A stretch of 64,000 nt of DNA from an uncultured Coriobacteriaceae bacterium (lineage in GTDB: Bacteria > Actinomycetota > Coriobacteriia > Coriobacteriales > Atopobiaceae), in assembly GCA_902788705.1 (NCBI GenBank), contig CADALE010000009.1, positions 1,428-65,427 on the forward strand, written 5' to 3'. Below are positions 25,748 to 33,407 of this stretch, piece after piece; the first letter of the stretch is position 1, and the number at the start of each line of letters is the position of its first letter. Below the pieces are notes generated by a model, which was not told the origin of the DNA, made no database searches, and worked only from the letters and a program-made list of their open reading frames with translations. The position numbers and the translations under genes were made by a program.

Positions 25748-27808
25748 CTACCCCGTTACGCCCGCAAGCTCGTCCCAGATGCCGGTGGGCACGGCTGCCG
25801 TGCCGCCCAGCACCACGCCCTGCGAGACGTCCTTGGCGTGCTTGGCTACGAAGTCGTCGATGGCTGCGAGGTTCGTGTCGCTCACCAGCACCAGCACCGA
25901 CTCGCGCTTGCCGCACAGAGCCGCGCCCGTGAGGGCATCCCAATAGCCGCCGCTCGTGGCCACACCCATGCCCTTGGCAGAAAGCCCCTGCTCAAGGCCA
26001 TAGTTTGCCAGCGCCACGCTGGTCTCGTGCGCTGTCTTGCCCCAACACCGCGTCACCGACACGCCGATGCCCTCAAGCTGGTCGTCCACCGAGGAAGGCA
26101 CCGCAGCCGTACCGCCCGCAACCACAACGCTTGTGTAGCCACCCTTCTTGATGGCGTCCAGCGTGTCCTGCGACAGCGTGTTGGCCGACCCCTCGGTAAG
26201 GAAGATGGGCATGCCCTTGGCGTACGAGACGGGGCTGGCCGAAAGGGCGTCCCAGTAGCCCGTCCACGTGGCAACGAAGCAGGTCTTGGCATGGCCGCTG
26301 CCCAGCTCGGCGGCAACCGCACGTGCCGTGCCGGCCGCGTTCTGTCCCCACACGCGCTTCACCGTCACGACGCCTGCAGCCTTGAGCTGGGCGTCGACAT
26401 CGGCAGACACGGCAGCCGTGCCGCCCACCACGTAGGCCGTGGTGGCCCCGAGGCGCTTTATCTCGAGGGCCGTGAAGGCGTTCAGCTCGCCCTTCTGCGT
26501 CATCAGAACCGGACAGCCCAGCTTGCCCGCAAGCGCGCTTGCCGAGAGCGCGTCCCAGTAGCCGTCGGACGTAGCCACCACCACGCTCTTGCTGCTGCCG
26601 TCAGACCAGCCCTCCTGCGAGATGGCCTCCATCGTGCCGAAGGCGTTCTGGCCCCAGAGGCGCGTCCAGGCCTTGGTCTCTGCGGGGTTGGCCCAGCCGT
26701 CCTCGCCGTAGTAGAAGTTGATGTCCACGCCATCCGAGCCGTCCTCGAAGCCCTTGATGGAGCCCACGCCCGTGCACTGCCACATCTGGTAGTTGCCCTG
26801 GTACTCGCAGCGGCTGTAGTACTGCGCCACCCACTTTGGCCACGCGTCAAAGCACGTGTCGGTAAGGTAGTTCTCCCACCAGCTGGTGCTGGCGTACACG
26901 CCCGGCTGGTAGCCAGCCTTCTCGATCTCGGCGCAGAATGCCTTGCTCACCTCGGCGAGCGTCTTGCGGACGGTTGCCGCACCCTTCTCGTAGTACAGCT
27001 CGTCGAAGTGGTCCCACTCCAGGTCAAGGTACACCGGCATCGAGGGATCAAGGCCCTTGAGCTGGGCAATCGTATACTTGGCCTCCTCCTGGGCCTCCTT
27101 GGCCGTCAGCGCAGTTGAGAAGAAGTACACGCCATAGGGAATGCCCAGGCGCTCGCACTCGCTGGTGTTGCGCTTGTACTGCTCGTCACCATACAGCTTG
27201 CGCGAGGTCATGAACCGGCCGCCCACGCGGATGATGGCGAAGCTGACGTCGTTCTCCTTGGCAACTTCCCAGTTAACTTTTCCGTTCCACTCGCTCACGT
27301 CCACGCCGCGCGACACCACGCCCAGGATGGGCTTGCCGTTGCTGCTGATGTAGCGACCCTTCGAGTCCTTCTCCCACATCACGAACCCCGCCATGGCCTC
27401 AAGGACCAGGCCCTCGTCGTCCTGATCGTCCGATGTCTCCACCGACTCCTGCGACACCCTCGTCCCGTCCTGGAAGCGCCAGCCGTCTGCCTCCTTGGGC
27501 TCTGACGGCCCCTCGTCCTGGGCTGCAGCCTCGGGCTCTGCTTCCACCGGCACCTCGGCGGGCTCCGCGGCCTCGGCAGGATCGTCGGCCTCCGCCAGAG
27601 CCTCGGCCGAATCCTCGGCTTCGACCTCGACAGGGTCCTCGGCCTCTACCGCTTCCACCTCGGTGGACTCCTCGTCCGAAGCCACGTCCTGGATGACAGT
27701 TGCCTCGTCCTGTGGCTCGTCTGCAGCCATCGCCGCAGCCGGAACAAGCGCGAGCGCCATGCTCAGCGCCAGACAGCAGGACAGGGCCTTCGTAACGTTA
27801 CGCTTCAC
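25748..27808 (-). CDS. Secreted GH25 muramidase with an acidic linker and three C-terminal CWB2 cell-wall-binding repeats
   Basis: Signal peptide KRNVTKALSCCLALSMALALVPAAAMA. GH25 core GVDVSEWNGKVNWE...FAIIRVG...GIPYGVYFFS...VYLDLEWD. Three repeats of the type VATSDGYWDALSASALAGKLGCPVLM...YVVGGTAAVS. GTG at 27808 with GGGAGG RBS. Confidence 0.85.
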   Translation of the reverse strand: MKRNVTKALSCCLALSMALALVPAAAMAADEPQDEATVIQDVASDEESTEVEAVEAEDPVEVEAEDSAEALAEADDPAEAAEPAEVPVEAEPEAAAQDEGPSEPKEADGWRFQDGTRVSQESVETSDDQDDEGLVLEAMAGFVMWEKDSKGRYISSNGKPILGVVSRGVDVSEWNGKVNWEVAKENDVSFAIIRVGGRFMTSRKLYGDEQYKRNTSECERLGIPYGVYFFSTALTAKEAQEEAKYTIAQLKGLDPSMPVYLDLEWDHFDELYYEKGAATVRKTLAEVSKAFCAEIEKAGYQPGVYASTSWWENYLTDTCFDAWPKWVAQYYSRCEYQGNYQMWQCTGVGSIKGFEDGSDGVDINFYYGEDGWANPAETKAWTRLWGQNAFGTMEAISQEGWSDGSSKSVVVATSDGYWDALSASALAGKLGCPVLMTQKGELNAFTALEIKRLGATTAYVVGGTAAVSADVDAQLKAAGVVTVKRVWGQNAAGTARAVAAELGSGHAKTCFVATWTGYWDALSASPVSYAKGMPIFLTEGSANTLSQDTLDAIKKGGYTSVVVAGGTAAVPSSVDDQLEGIGVSVTRCWGKTAHETSVALANYGLEQGLSAKGMGVATSGGYWDALTGAALCGKRESVLVLVSDTNLAAIDDFVAKHAKDVSQGVVLGGTAAVPTGIWDELAGVTG

Positions 27809-27855
27809 GATACATACCTCCCGATCAACGATTGAGCAGGTTGGGAGAGATGTCC

Positions 27856-27861
27856 ATTCTA
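27856..27861 (-). promoter_or_regulatory. Candidate -10 box (TAGAAT on the minus strand) for the GH25-CWB2 gene
   Basis: Minus-strand GATAGAATGG lies ~45 nt upstream of the GTG start. The -35 element is weak. Confidence 0.3.
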
Positions 27862-27960
27862 TCGGGATTGCCCGCTGGCACGAAATTGGCAGCCATGGCT
27901 CCCCACAGGCTCGCCACGCCCCGCCCACAAGCTCGCCACAAGGCTTAGCGAAACCTTGAG

Positions 27961-28103
27961 GCGCGGACAGGGACAGCGGCGCGGACAGTGGGGACGTAGC
28001 ACTTTGTCCGCGCTTAGCAAAGAACGAGTCAAGCTGGCGCGGACAAAGTGCTACGTCCCCACTGTCCGCGCTGCCTGCCCAAGCCCGTCCCTACTGTCCG
28101 CGC
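27961..28103. repeat. Array of GCGCGGACAG / CTGTCCGCGC units, including a perfect 35-bp inverted repeat
   Basis: Arms 27979-28013 (gcgcggacagtggggacgtagcactttgtccgcgc) and 28037-28071 (the exact reverse complement), separated by a 23-nt spacer. Each arm is itself a 9-bp-stem hairpin. Extra units at 27961-27970 and 28094-28103. Intergenic between the two GH25 genes. Confidence 0.75.
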
Positions 28104-28122
28104 CCCACTGTCCGGCGGTTGG

Positions 28123-28947
28123 CTAGACGTACCAGTAGTTGAGGTCGACGTAGGTGCTGAAGCCGGGCAGCTCGCCCGCGTAGCTGCATTGCCAGAACTG
28201 GTAGCTTCCCTGGTAGTCGCACCAGTCGTTGTACTGGGCAACCCAGCGGCTCCACTGGTCGAAGCACGGATCCGTAAGCAGGTAGTCCCACCAGCTGAGG
28301 CTGGCGTACACTCCCGGCTGGTAGCCGGCCTCGGCAACTGTGGTGCAGAATGCCTCCGAGATGGCCATGAGCGTGGGAACGCTCTCGTAGTTTGCCAAGC
28401 TCTCAAGCTCGAGGTCGATGAACACCGGCAGCGTGGGGTACAGGCCCTCATCCTGCAGCAGGCTCACCACGGTCCACGCCTCGTTGTAGGCGTCCCATTC
28501 GCTCTCGGCGCCCGAGAAGAAGTAGACGCCATAGGGAATGCCCAGGCGCTCGCACTCAAGCGCGTTGCGCACGAAGCTCTCGTCGATGTAGCAAGTCTTG
28601 TCCGGCCCGTGGCTCACGCCGCAGCGCAGGATTGCGAAGCCCACACCGCCCTCGACGGCATACTCCCAGTCAACCTCGCCGTTCCACTCGCTTACGTCCA
28701 CGCCCATGATGGGGTAGCTTGACTCTTCGTATGCGGACTCGTCCTCATACCATGAATCGTCCTCGTACTCGACGTACTCGTCCTCGTACCACGAGTCGTC
28801 CTCGTGCTCGACGTCTGCCGCTTCCTCGTCCTCGTACCACGCGTCCCAGCCATCGGCAGCCTCTCCCAGCACCATGCGCGGGAAGAGCGCGAACGCCAGG
28901 CACGCTAACAGGATGAGTACTGAGAGTCGCCTTCTCGTTTTAGCCAT
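28123..28947 (-). CDS. Secreted GH25 muramidase with an acidic Trp/Tyr-rich N-terminal repeat
   Basis: Signal peptide MAKTRRRLSVLILLACLAFALFP. The repeat is EDDSWYEDEYVEYEDDSWYEDESAYEE. GH25 core GVDVSEWNGEVDWE...FAILRCG...GIPYGVYFFS...VFIDLELE. Confidence 0.85.
   Translation of the reverse strand: MAKTRRRLSVLILLACLAFALFPRMVLGEAADGWDAWYEDEEAADVEHEDDSWYEDEYVEYEDDSWYEDESAYEESSYPIMGVDVSEWNGEVDWEYAVEGGVGFAILRCGVSHGPDKTCYIDESFVRNALECERLGIPYGVYFFSGAESEWDAYNEAWTVVSLLQDEGLYPTLPVFIDLELESLANYESVPTLMAISEAFCTTVAEAGYQPGVYASLSWWDYLLTDPCFDQWSRWVAQYNDWCDYQGSYQFWQCSYAGELPGFSTYVDLNYWYV
28739..28816. repeat. Imperfect 39-nt tandem duplication inside the GH25 gene (encodes the DDSWYEDE repeats)
   Basis: 28739-28777 versus 28778-28816: tcgtcctcataccatgaatcgtcctcgtactcgacgtac / tcgtcctcgtaccacgagtcgtcctcgtgctcgacgtct. 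Confidence 0.6.
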
Positions 28948-29170
28948 GTTTGCAGCCTCTCGTCAGCCCCGTGAGGGGTTTGTGCTTTGTCATTTTACCC
29001 ATTCTATGGGTGCCACACGACGCAATTGGGCACTCTCCAGCTTGCGTCGACAACTACTAAGGCCTAGGCGCAGGCCAAAACGTCGTCTGCAGGCGCACCG
29101 TCCGCCGCCTGAAAACGACATCACGATGTGCACATTGCGTAGGCCTTCGCCGCCTGCGTCGCTCCAAACG

Positions 29171-29176
29171 TATAAT
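29171..29176 (+). promoter_or_regulatory. Candidate -10 box (TATAAT) for the PBP gene
   Basis: A perfect TATAAT lies 33 nt upstream of the ATG at 29209. GAGGAGG RBS at 29196-29202. Confidence 0.4.
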
Positions 29177-29208
29177 GGATAGAACTGTCTACTCACGAGG
29201 AGGATCGC

Positions 29209-31329
29209 ATGGGCGTCCGCCAACGCAGAGCACGCGCACATTCGAAGACCCACATCGTGGCATTTGCCATCGCCGGGTTCTTCGCCTTCCTTGCGCTCCT
29301 AGGCGCCACGCTGCTCATCTCGGTCACCGTCATGGTCAACAACTGGCTCGAGGACCTGCCCGACTACCAGTCGGCAGACGCCTACCTCGTGCCCGAGCCC
29401 ACCACGCTCTATGCGGCCGACGGTAGCGTCATCGCCGAGTATTACCTGCAGAACCGCCGCACCATCGACATCAACGAGGTGTCCCCCTTCGTCCTGAAGG
29501 CTACGGTGGACACCGAGGACATCCGCTTCTACCAGCATGACGGCGTCGATCCGGTGGGCATCGCCCGCGCCGTGCTGGTGCAGCTCACGGGCGGCTCGGA
29601 GGGCGCCTCCACCATCACCCAGCAATTGGTGCGCAACACCGTGCTTTCGGAGGAGCAGTTCGACTACTCGATCAGGCGCAAGGTGCGCGAGGCCTACATC
29701 GCCATCCAGATGGAGAAGACCTACACCAAGGACCAGATCCTCATGATGTATCTCAACACCATCTACTACGGCGACAGCTGCTACGGCATCCAGGCCGCCA
29801 GCATCGACTACTTCAACAAGAACGCCTCCGACCTCACCCTTGCCGAGGCCGCGCTGCTGTGCGGCCTGCCACAGGCCCCCTCGGCCTACAACCCCTTCGA
29901 GAACCCCGACCTGGCCGTACGCCGCCGCAACATCGTGCTTGACCGCATGTTCACCGCCGGCGACATCACGCAGGAGGAGTTCGACGCCGCCGTGGCCACG
30001 CCACTCGAGCTTAACCACGGCGCCTTCCCCGACTCCATCGGACGCTATCCGTACTTCTCCGACCACGTGCGGTCGCTTTTGCTGGAGGACTTCGACTACA
30101 ACACCATCCTTCAGGGCGGCCTGCAGGTGTACACCACGCTTGACCCCAGCTGGCAGGCGGCGGCCGAGGAGGCCGTGCACGAGCGCCTTGACTACCTGGG
30201 CGAGCCCGACCTGCAGAGCGCCCTTGTGGCCATCGACAACTCCAACGGCTACGTGAAGGCCATGGTGGGCGGGCGCGACTACAACGTAAGCCAGTTCAAC
30301 CTGGCCACCCAGGCGCGTCGCCAGCCGGGCTCCAGCTTTAAGGGCATCACCACCGTGGCTGCGCTGCAGCTGGGCATGAACCCCGACATCTACATCAACG
30401 GCAACTCGCCCATCACCCTGCTGGACAACTGGGAGGTGCAGAACTACGGCGGCGTCAGCTATGGCTACATCACCTTCTCGACGGCGCTAGCAGTGTCGTG
30501 CAACACCGTGTTCTGCCAGATAGCCGAGACCATCGGTGCCGACAAGATCGTGGCCGCGGCCAAGTCGCTGGGCATCGACGTCGACCTGCCCGCCTACCCG
30601 TCCATCACGCTAGGCACCGTGGGCGTGCCGCCCATCCAGATGGCCGAGGCCTACTCCACCATCGCCACGGGCGGCATCCACCGCGAGCCGTGCTGCATCA
30701 CTCGCATCGAGGACCGCAACGGCAACGTGGTGTACGAGCACACCGACGAGCCCGCGCAGGCCATCGACCCCGGCATCGCCGCCGTGGCCACCGAGATGCT
30801 GCAGGGCGTGTGCCGCAGCGGCGGTGGCGCCGACGTGCTGCAGTGGGAGTTCACGGCCAACGCGCCGGTTGCCGGCAAGACCGGCACCACCCAGGAGGCG
30901 CGCGACCTGTGGTTCGTGGGCTTCACCCCGCAGATCACCTGCGCGGTGTGGACCGGCTACATCGAGGAGCAGACCGTGTACTACTGGGGCAGCTATGGCC
31001 ACCCCTACAGCTCGTCGGTCATGGAGTTCGCCGGCTTCCTGAACCGCGTGCTGGCCGACGTGGAGTGGCAGGACTTCCCCGAGCCTGACACCTGGCCCAC
31101 GTACCGCGACAACAGCGAGTGGGAGTTCTCCGCAACCCAGACCTACGTAAACACCTATGGGTGGAACTGGTACGACGACACGACCACCGACGACAGCACC
31201 GAGACCACCGAGGACGGTACCGAGACCACCGACGAGTGGACCGAGACCGACGGTACCGAGACCACCGACGAGTGGACCGAGTACGACTGGTCTACCGAGG
31301 AGGACACGTCGGGAGACGAGAGCTGGTAG
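29209..31329 (+). CDS. Class A penicillin-binding protein (GT51 transglycosylase + transpeptidase) with an acidic Thr/Asp/Glu/Trp repeat tail
   Basis: TM anchor, then GT51 motifs EDIRFYQHDGVD, GASTITQQLVRN, RKVRE. Transpeptidase motifs PGSSFKG (SxxK) and KTGTT. The tail is TETTEDGTETTDEWTETDGTETTDEWTEYDW. Confidence 0.9.
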   Translation: MGVRQRRARAHSKTHIVAFAIAGFFAFLALLGATLLISVTVMVNNWLEDLPDYQSADAYLVPEPTTLYAADGSVIAEYYLQNRRTIDINEVSPFVLKATVDTEDIRFYQHDGVDPVGIARAVLVQLTGGSEGASTITQQLVRNTVLSEEQFDYSIRRKVREAYIAIQMEKTYTKDQILMMYLNTIYYGDSCYGIQAASIDYFNKNASDLTLAEAALLCGLPQAPSAYNPFENPDLAVRRRNIVLDRMFTAGDITQEEFDAAVATPLELNHGAFPDSIGRYPYFSDHVRSLLLEDFDYNTILQGGLQVYTTLDPSWQAAAEEAVHERLDYLGEPDLQSALVAIDNSNGYVKAMVGGRDYNVSQFNLATQARRQPGSSFKGITTVAALQLGMNPDIYINGNSPITLLDNWEVQNYGGVSYGYITFSTALAVSCNTVFCQIAETIGADKIVAAAKSLGIDVDLPAYPSITLGTVGVPPIQMAEAYSTIATGGIHREPCCITRIEDRNGNVVYEHTDEPAQAIDPGIAAVATEMLQGVCRSGGGADVLQWEFTANAPVAGKTGTTQEARDLWFVGFTPQITCAVWTGYIEEQTVYYWGSYGHPYSSSVMEFAGFLNRVLADVEWQDFPEPDTWPTYRDNSEWEFSATQTYVNTYGWNWYDDTTTDDSTETTEDGTETTDEWTETDGTETTDEWTEYDWSTEEDTSGDESW
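31216..31281. repeat. 36-nt-period tandem repeat (2 copies of a 30-nt core) in the PBP tail
   Basis: ggtaccgagaccaccgacgagtggaccgag occurs at 31216-31245 and again at 31252-31281. Confidence 0.7.
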
Positions 31330-31354
31330 GCCACCGCGCAAAGGCATGAAAGCA

Positions 31355-31387
31355 GGGCCCCGGAGGAGATCCTTCGGGGCCCTTTTC
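31355..31387. terminator. Bidirectional rho-independent terminator between the PBP gene (+) and argR (-)
   Basis: gggccccg (31355-31362) / cggggccc (31375-31382), followed by tttt on the plus strand and preceded by an A-rich tract. Confidence 0.6.
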
Positions 31388-31414
31388 ATGGTGCTCTGTC
31401 TTGGCTGAAGCTAC

Positions 31415-31852
31415 CTACTTGCGGACGCCCCTCAGCTTGTCGAGCATGCCTACCAGGCCCTCGGCGCTCTCGGCGGCATCGGCAACCACCAGCACGGTGT
31501 CGTTACCGGCAACCGAGCCCTTGACCTCGACGAGGTTAGCCGCGTCGATGGCCGCCGCCACACCCGGCGCCGTGCCAGGCTGAGCCTTGACCACCACAAG
31601 GTTTGCCGCGCTGTCGACATCGGTCACGAACTCAGACATCATGCGCTGCAGATGCAGGTCTTCCGACAGCACGTAGATGCCCTCGGGGAGCTTCCTCAAG
31701 CCCATGTCGGCAATATCGCGCGACACCGTTGCCTGCGTGCAGTTGTAGCCGATGCCCTGCAGCTCGTTAACGAGGGCTCGCTGCGTGCGGATTGACTTGC
31801 CCCGCACGATCTCACGGATGGCATCCTGCCTGCTGTTGCGCTGCTTTGCCAC
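31415..31852 (-). CDS. argR: Arginine repressor
   Basis: KQRNSRQDAIREIVRGKSIRTQRALVNELQGIGYNCTQATVSRDIADMGL (winged helix), and a C-terminal GTAPGVAAAIDAA...GSVAGNDTVLVV (arginine-binding/oligomerisation motif). GTG at 31852 after GGGAGGA; the track ATG at 31885 lacks an RBS. Confidence 0.85.
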   Translation of the reverse strand: MAKQRNSRQDAIREIVRGKSIRTQRALVNELQGIGYNCTQATVSRDIADMGLRKLPEGIYVLSEDLHLQRMMSEFVTDVDSAANLVVVKAQPGTAPGVAAAIDAANLVEVKGSVAGNDTVLVVADAAESAEGLVGMLDKLRGVRK

Positions 31853-31928
31853 GGTTCCTCCCCAATGGCGGCTTGGATATGTCATTTAGGAATACAGTAG
31901 CAGTTTTTACTTGATTGATGCAGCGCAG

Positions 31929-31943
31929 TGCATAAATTGTGCA
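31929..31943. promoter_or_regulatory. Candidate ARG-box-like palindrome upstream of argR
   Basis: TGCATAAATTGTGCA lies in the AT-rich divergent region, ~80 nt upstream of the argR start. The TGCAT half-site resembles actinobacterial ARG boxes. Single imperfect site only. Confidence 0.25.
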
Positions 31944-32153
31944 GTTGATTCTATCGTTGGCGATTGTAGTGGCCACTTGCGACAATGGGTGGCGTCCCTT
32001 GCCTGCGCAGGCTCCGCATGGCGATGCGATGCCCCACCACCGTATCTGCACCGTTTCCTCATTTGCAGGGCCATGCCCCTGATAACTACAATGGGACGGT
32101 AACCAACGACGATAGGCGCCACATGGGGATGGCGCCCAAGCGGGAGGCACATC

Positions 32154-33263
32154 ATGGCATACGCCGCGCCAGGAGACAGAAGGTCAGGAACGACCAGGCG
32201 CCATACGGGACGCGCGGGAGAGAGCCGCACCGGCACGGTAACAAGCTCGGGACGCAGGCAGGTTACTGCCCGTGGTGGCAGCTCCGGCCAGTACCGCAGC
32301 GGACACAACTACCAGACGGGACGCAGGAAGGACTCTTCGCTCAGCCTTCGCCAGAGCAACCTGAGGTTCAACCACAGGCGTGGCGGCCTTGTGGGCCAGG
32401 TGCTTGACGACCCCCGCCTCTTCGTCATGCTGATAGTGGCCCTGCTGTTGGTGCTGGCCGCGCTCTTTGGCATCTCCAGTTGCGTACGCAGCCGCGCCGA
32501 GGCCAACAAGGTGCCCGAGGCAAGCGAGGCCGACGCGCGTGTGTCGGCCGGCCTCTCGGCCACCATGACCGAGCGTCTGACTGCAGCCCTCGACGCAAAC
32601 GAGCAGCTTGCCACCATCGCCAGCAACGCAAACAAGCTGGATGACGAGCGCCTCATCGACCTTGCGCTCACCGAGCCCACGGCCATTGAGTACGTTGCCG
32701 GCTTCCTGGCCAACGACGCGCCCAAGAGTGCCAAGACCTACGACGGACGCGTGTCGCGCGGATCCTACCCCACCCTCTACGACTGGGACACACGCTGGGG
32801 CTACACCTCGTACGGCACGAGCGTGGTGGGCCTCAACGGGTCGGGCCTCACCAGCCTTGCCATGGCCTACTACGGCCTGACCGGCAAGGCCGAGCTCACC
32901 CCTGCGACGCTTGCGACGCGCTCCACCGAGACGGAGACCCTCAGCGAGACGTATGGCACCTCGGCCGACTTCTTCGAGACGTACGCCGGCGAGCTGGGTC
33001 TGGAGGTCGAGAAGGTCACGCCTTCGGGCGAGGCCCTGAACGACGTGCTGGACAGCGGCACGGTGGTGCTGCTGCAGCTGCGCGAGGGCACCGTGACCGA
33101 CCATGCGCACTGGGCACTCGCAGTGAGCGAGAACCTTGACGGTTCGATCATCCTGCGCGATCCCACATCGTCCAGCGTGACGGCGCATCCTTGGGATCCC
33201 GACACGCTGGCGGGTGCCTCGGAGGCCTTCTTCGCCATCTCGGCACTCGAAACCGAGGAATAA
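32154..33263 (+). CDS. Membrane-anchored peptidase C39-like (C39_2) domain protein with a basic disordered N-terminus; the catalytic Cys position reads Ser
   Basis: R/G/S/T-rich cytoplasmic head, one TM (FVMLIVALLLVLAALFGI), then YPTLYDWDTRWGYTSYG...GLNGSGLTSLAMAYYG...DHAHWALAV...ILRDP, which resembles the C39_2 layout. GGGAGG RBS. Confidence 0.7.
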   Translation: MAYAAPGDRRSGTTRRHTGRAGESRTGTVTSSGRRQVTARGGSSGQYRSGHNYQTGRRKDSSLSLRQSNLRFNHRRGGLVGQVLDDPRLFVMLIVALLLVLAALFGISSCVRSRAEANKVPEASEADARVSAGLSATMTERLTAALDANEQLATIASNANKLDDERLIDLALTEPTAIEYVAGFLANDAPKSAKTYDGRVSRGSYPTLYDWDTRWGYTSYGTSVVGLNGSGLTSLAMAYYGLTGKAELTPATLATRSTETETLSETYGTSADFFETYAGELGLEVEKVTPSGEALNDVLDSGTVVLLQLREGTVTDHAHWALAVSENLDGSIILRDPTSSSVTAHPWDPDTLAGASEAFFAISALETEE

Positions 33264-33266
33264 AAG

Positions 33267-33344
33267 GGTTCCAAAGGGGAGTATCCCTTACGGTTCGGTG
33301 CCTGCTACGGAATCGTACCGTAAGGGATACTCCTTTTTGGAACC
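33267..33344. repeat. Nested palindromic intergenic repeat, copy B of the same family
   Basis: ggttccaaaggggagtatcccttacgg (33267-33293) / ccgtaagggatactcctttttggaacc (33318-33344), a 27-nt inverted repeat with 2 mismatches. It shares the ccaaa(a)gggga/gggatactcc core with copies A and C. It starts 4 nt after the stop at 33263. Confidence 0.65.
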
Positions 33345-33353
33345 AAACCCATG

Positions 33354-33382
33354 CAAAAGGGGCGCCCCTTTCGGGACGCCCC
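33354..33382 (-). terminator. Rho-independent terminator of the phosphohexomutase gene
   Basis: On the minus strand, GGGGCGTCCCGAAAGGGGCGCCCC is followed by TTTTG. It lies 26 nt downstream of the stop at 33408. Confidence 0.6.
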
Positions 33383-33407
33383 AACAGGTGCGAAGTGCTC
33401 TGATCGC

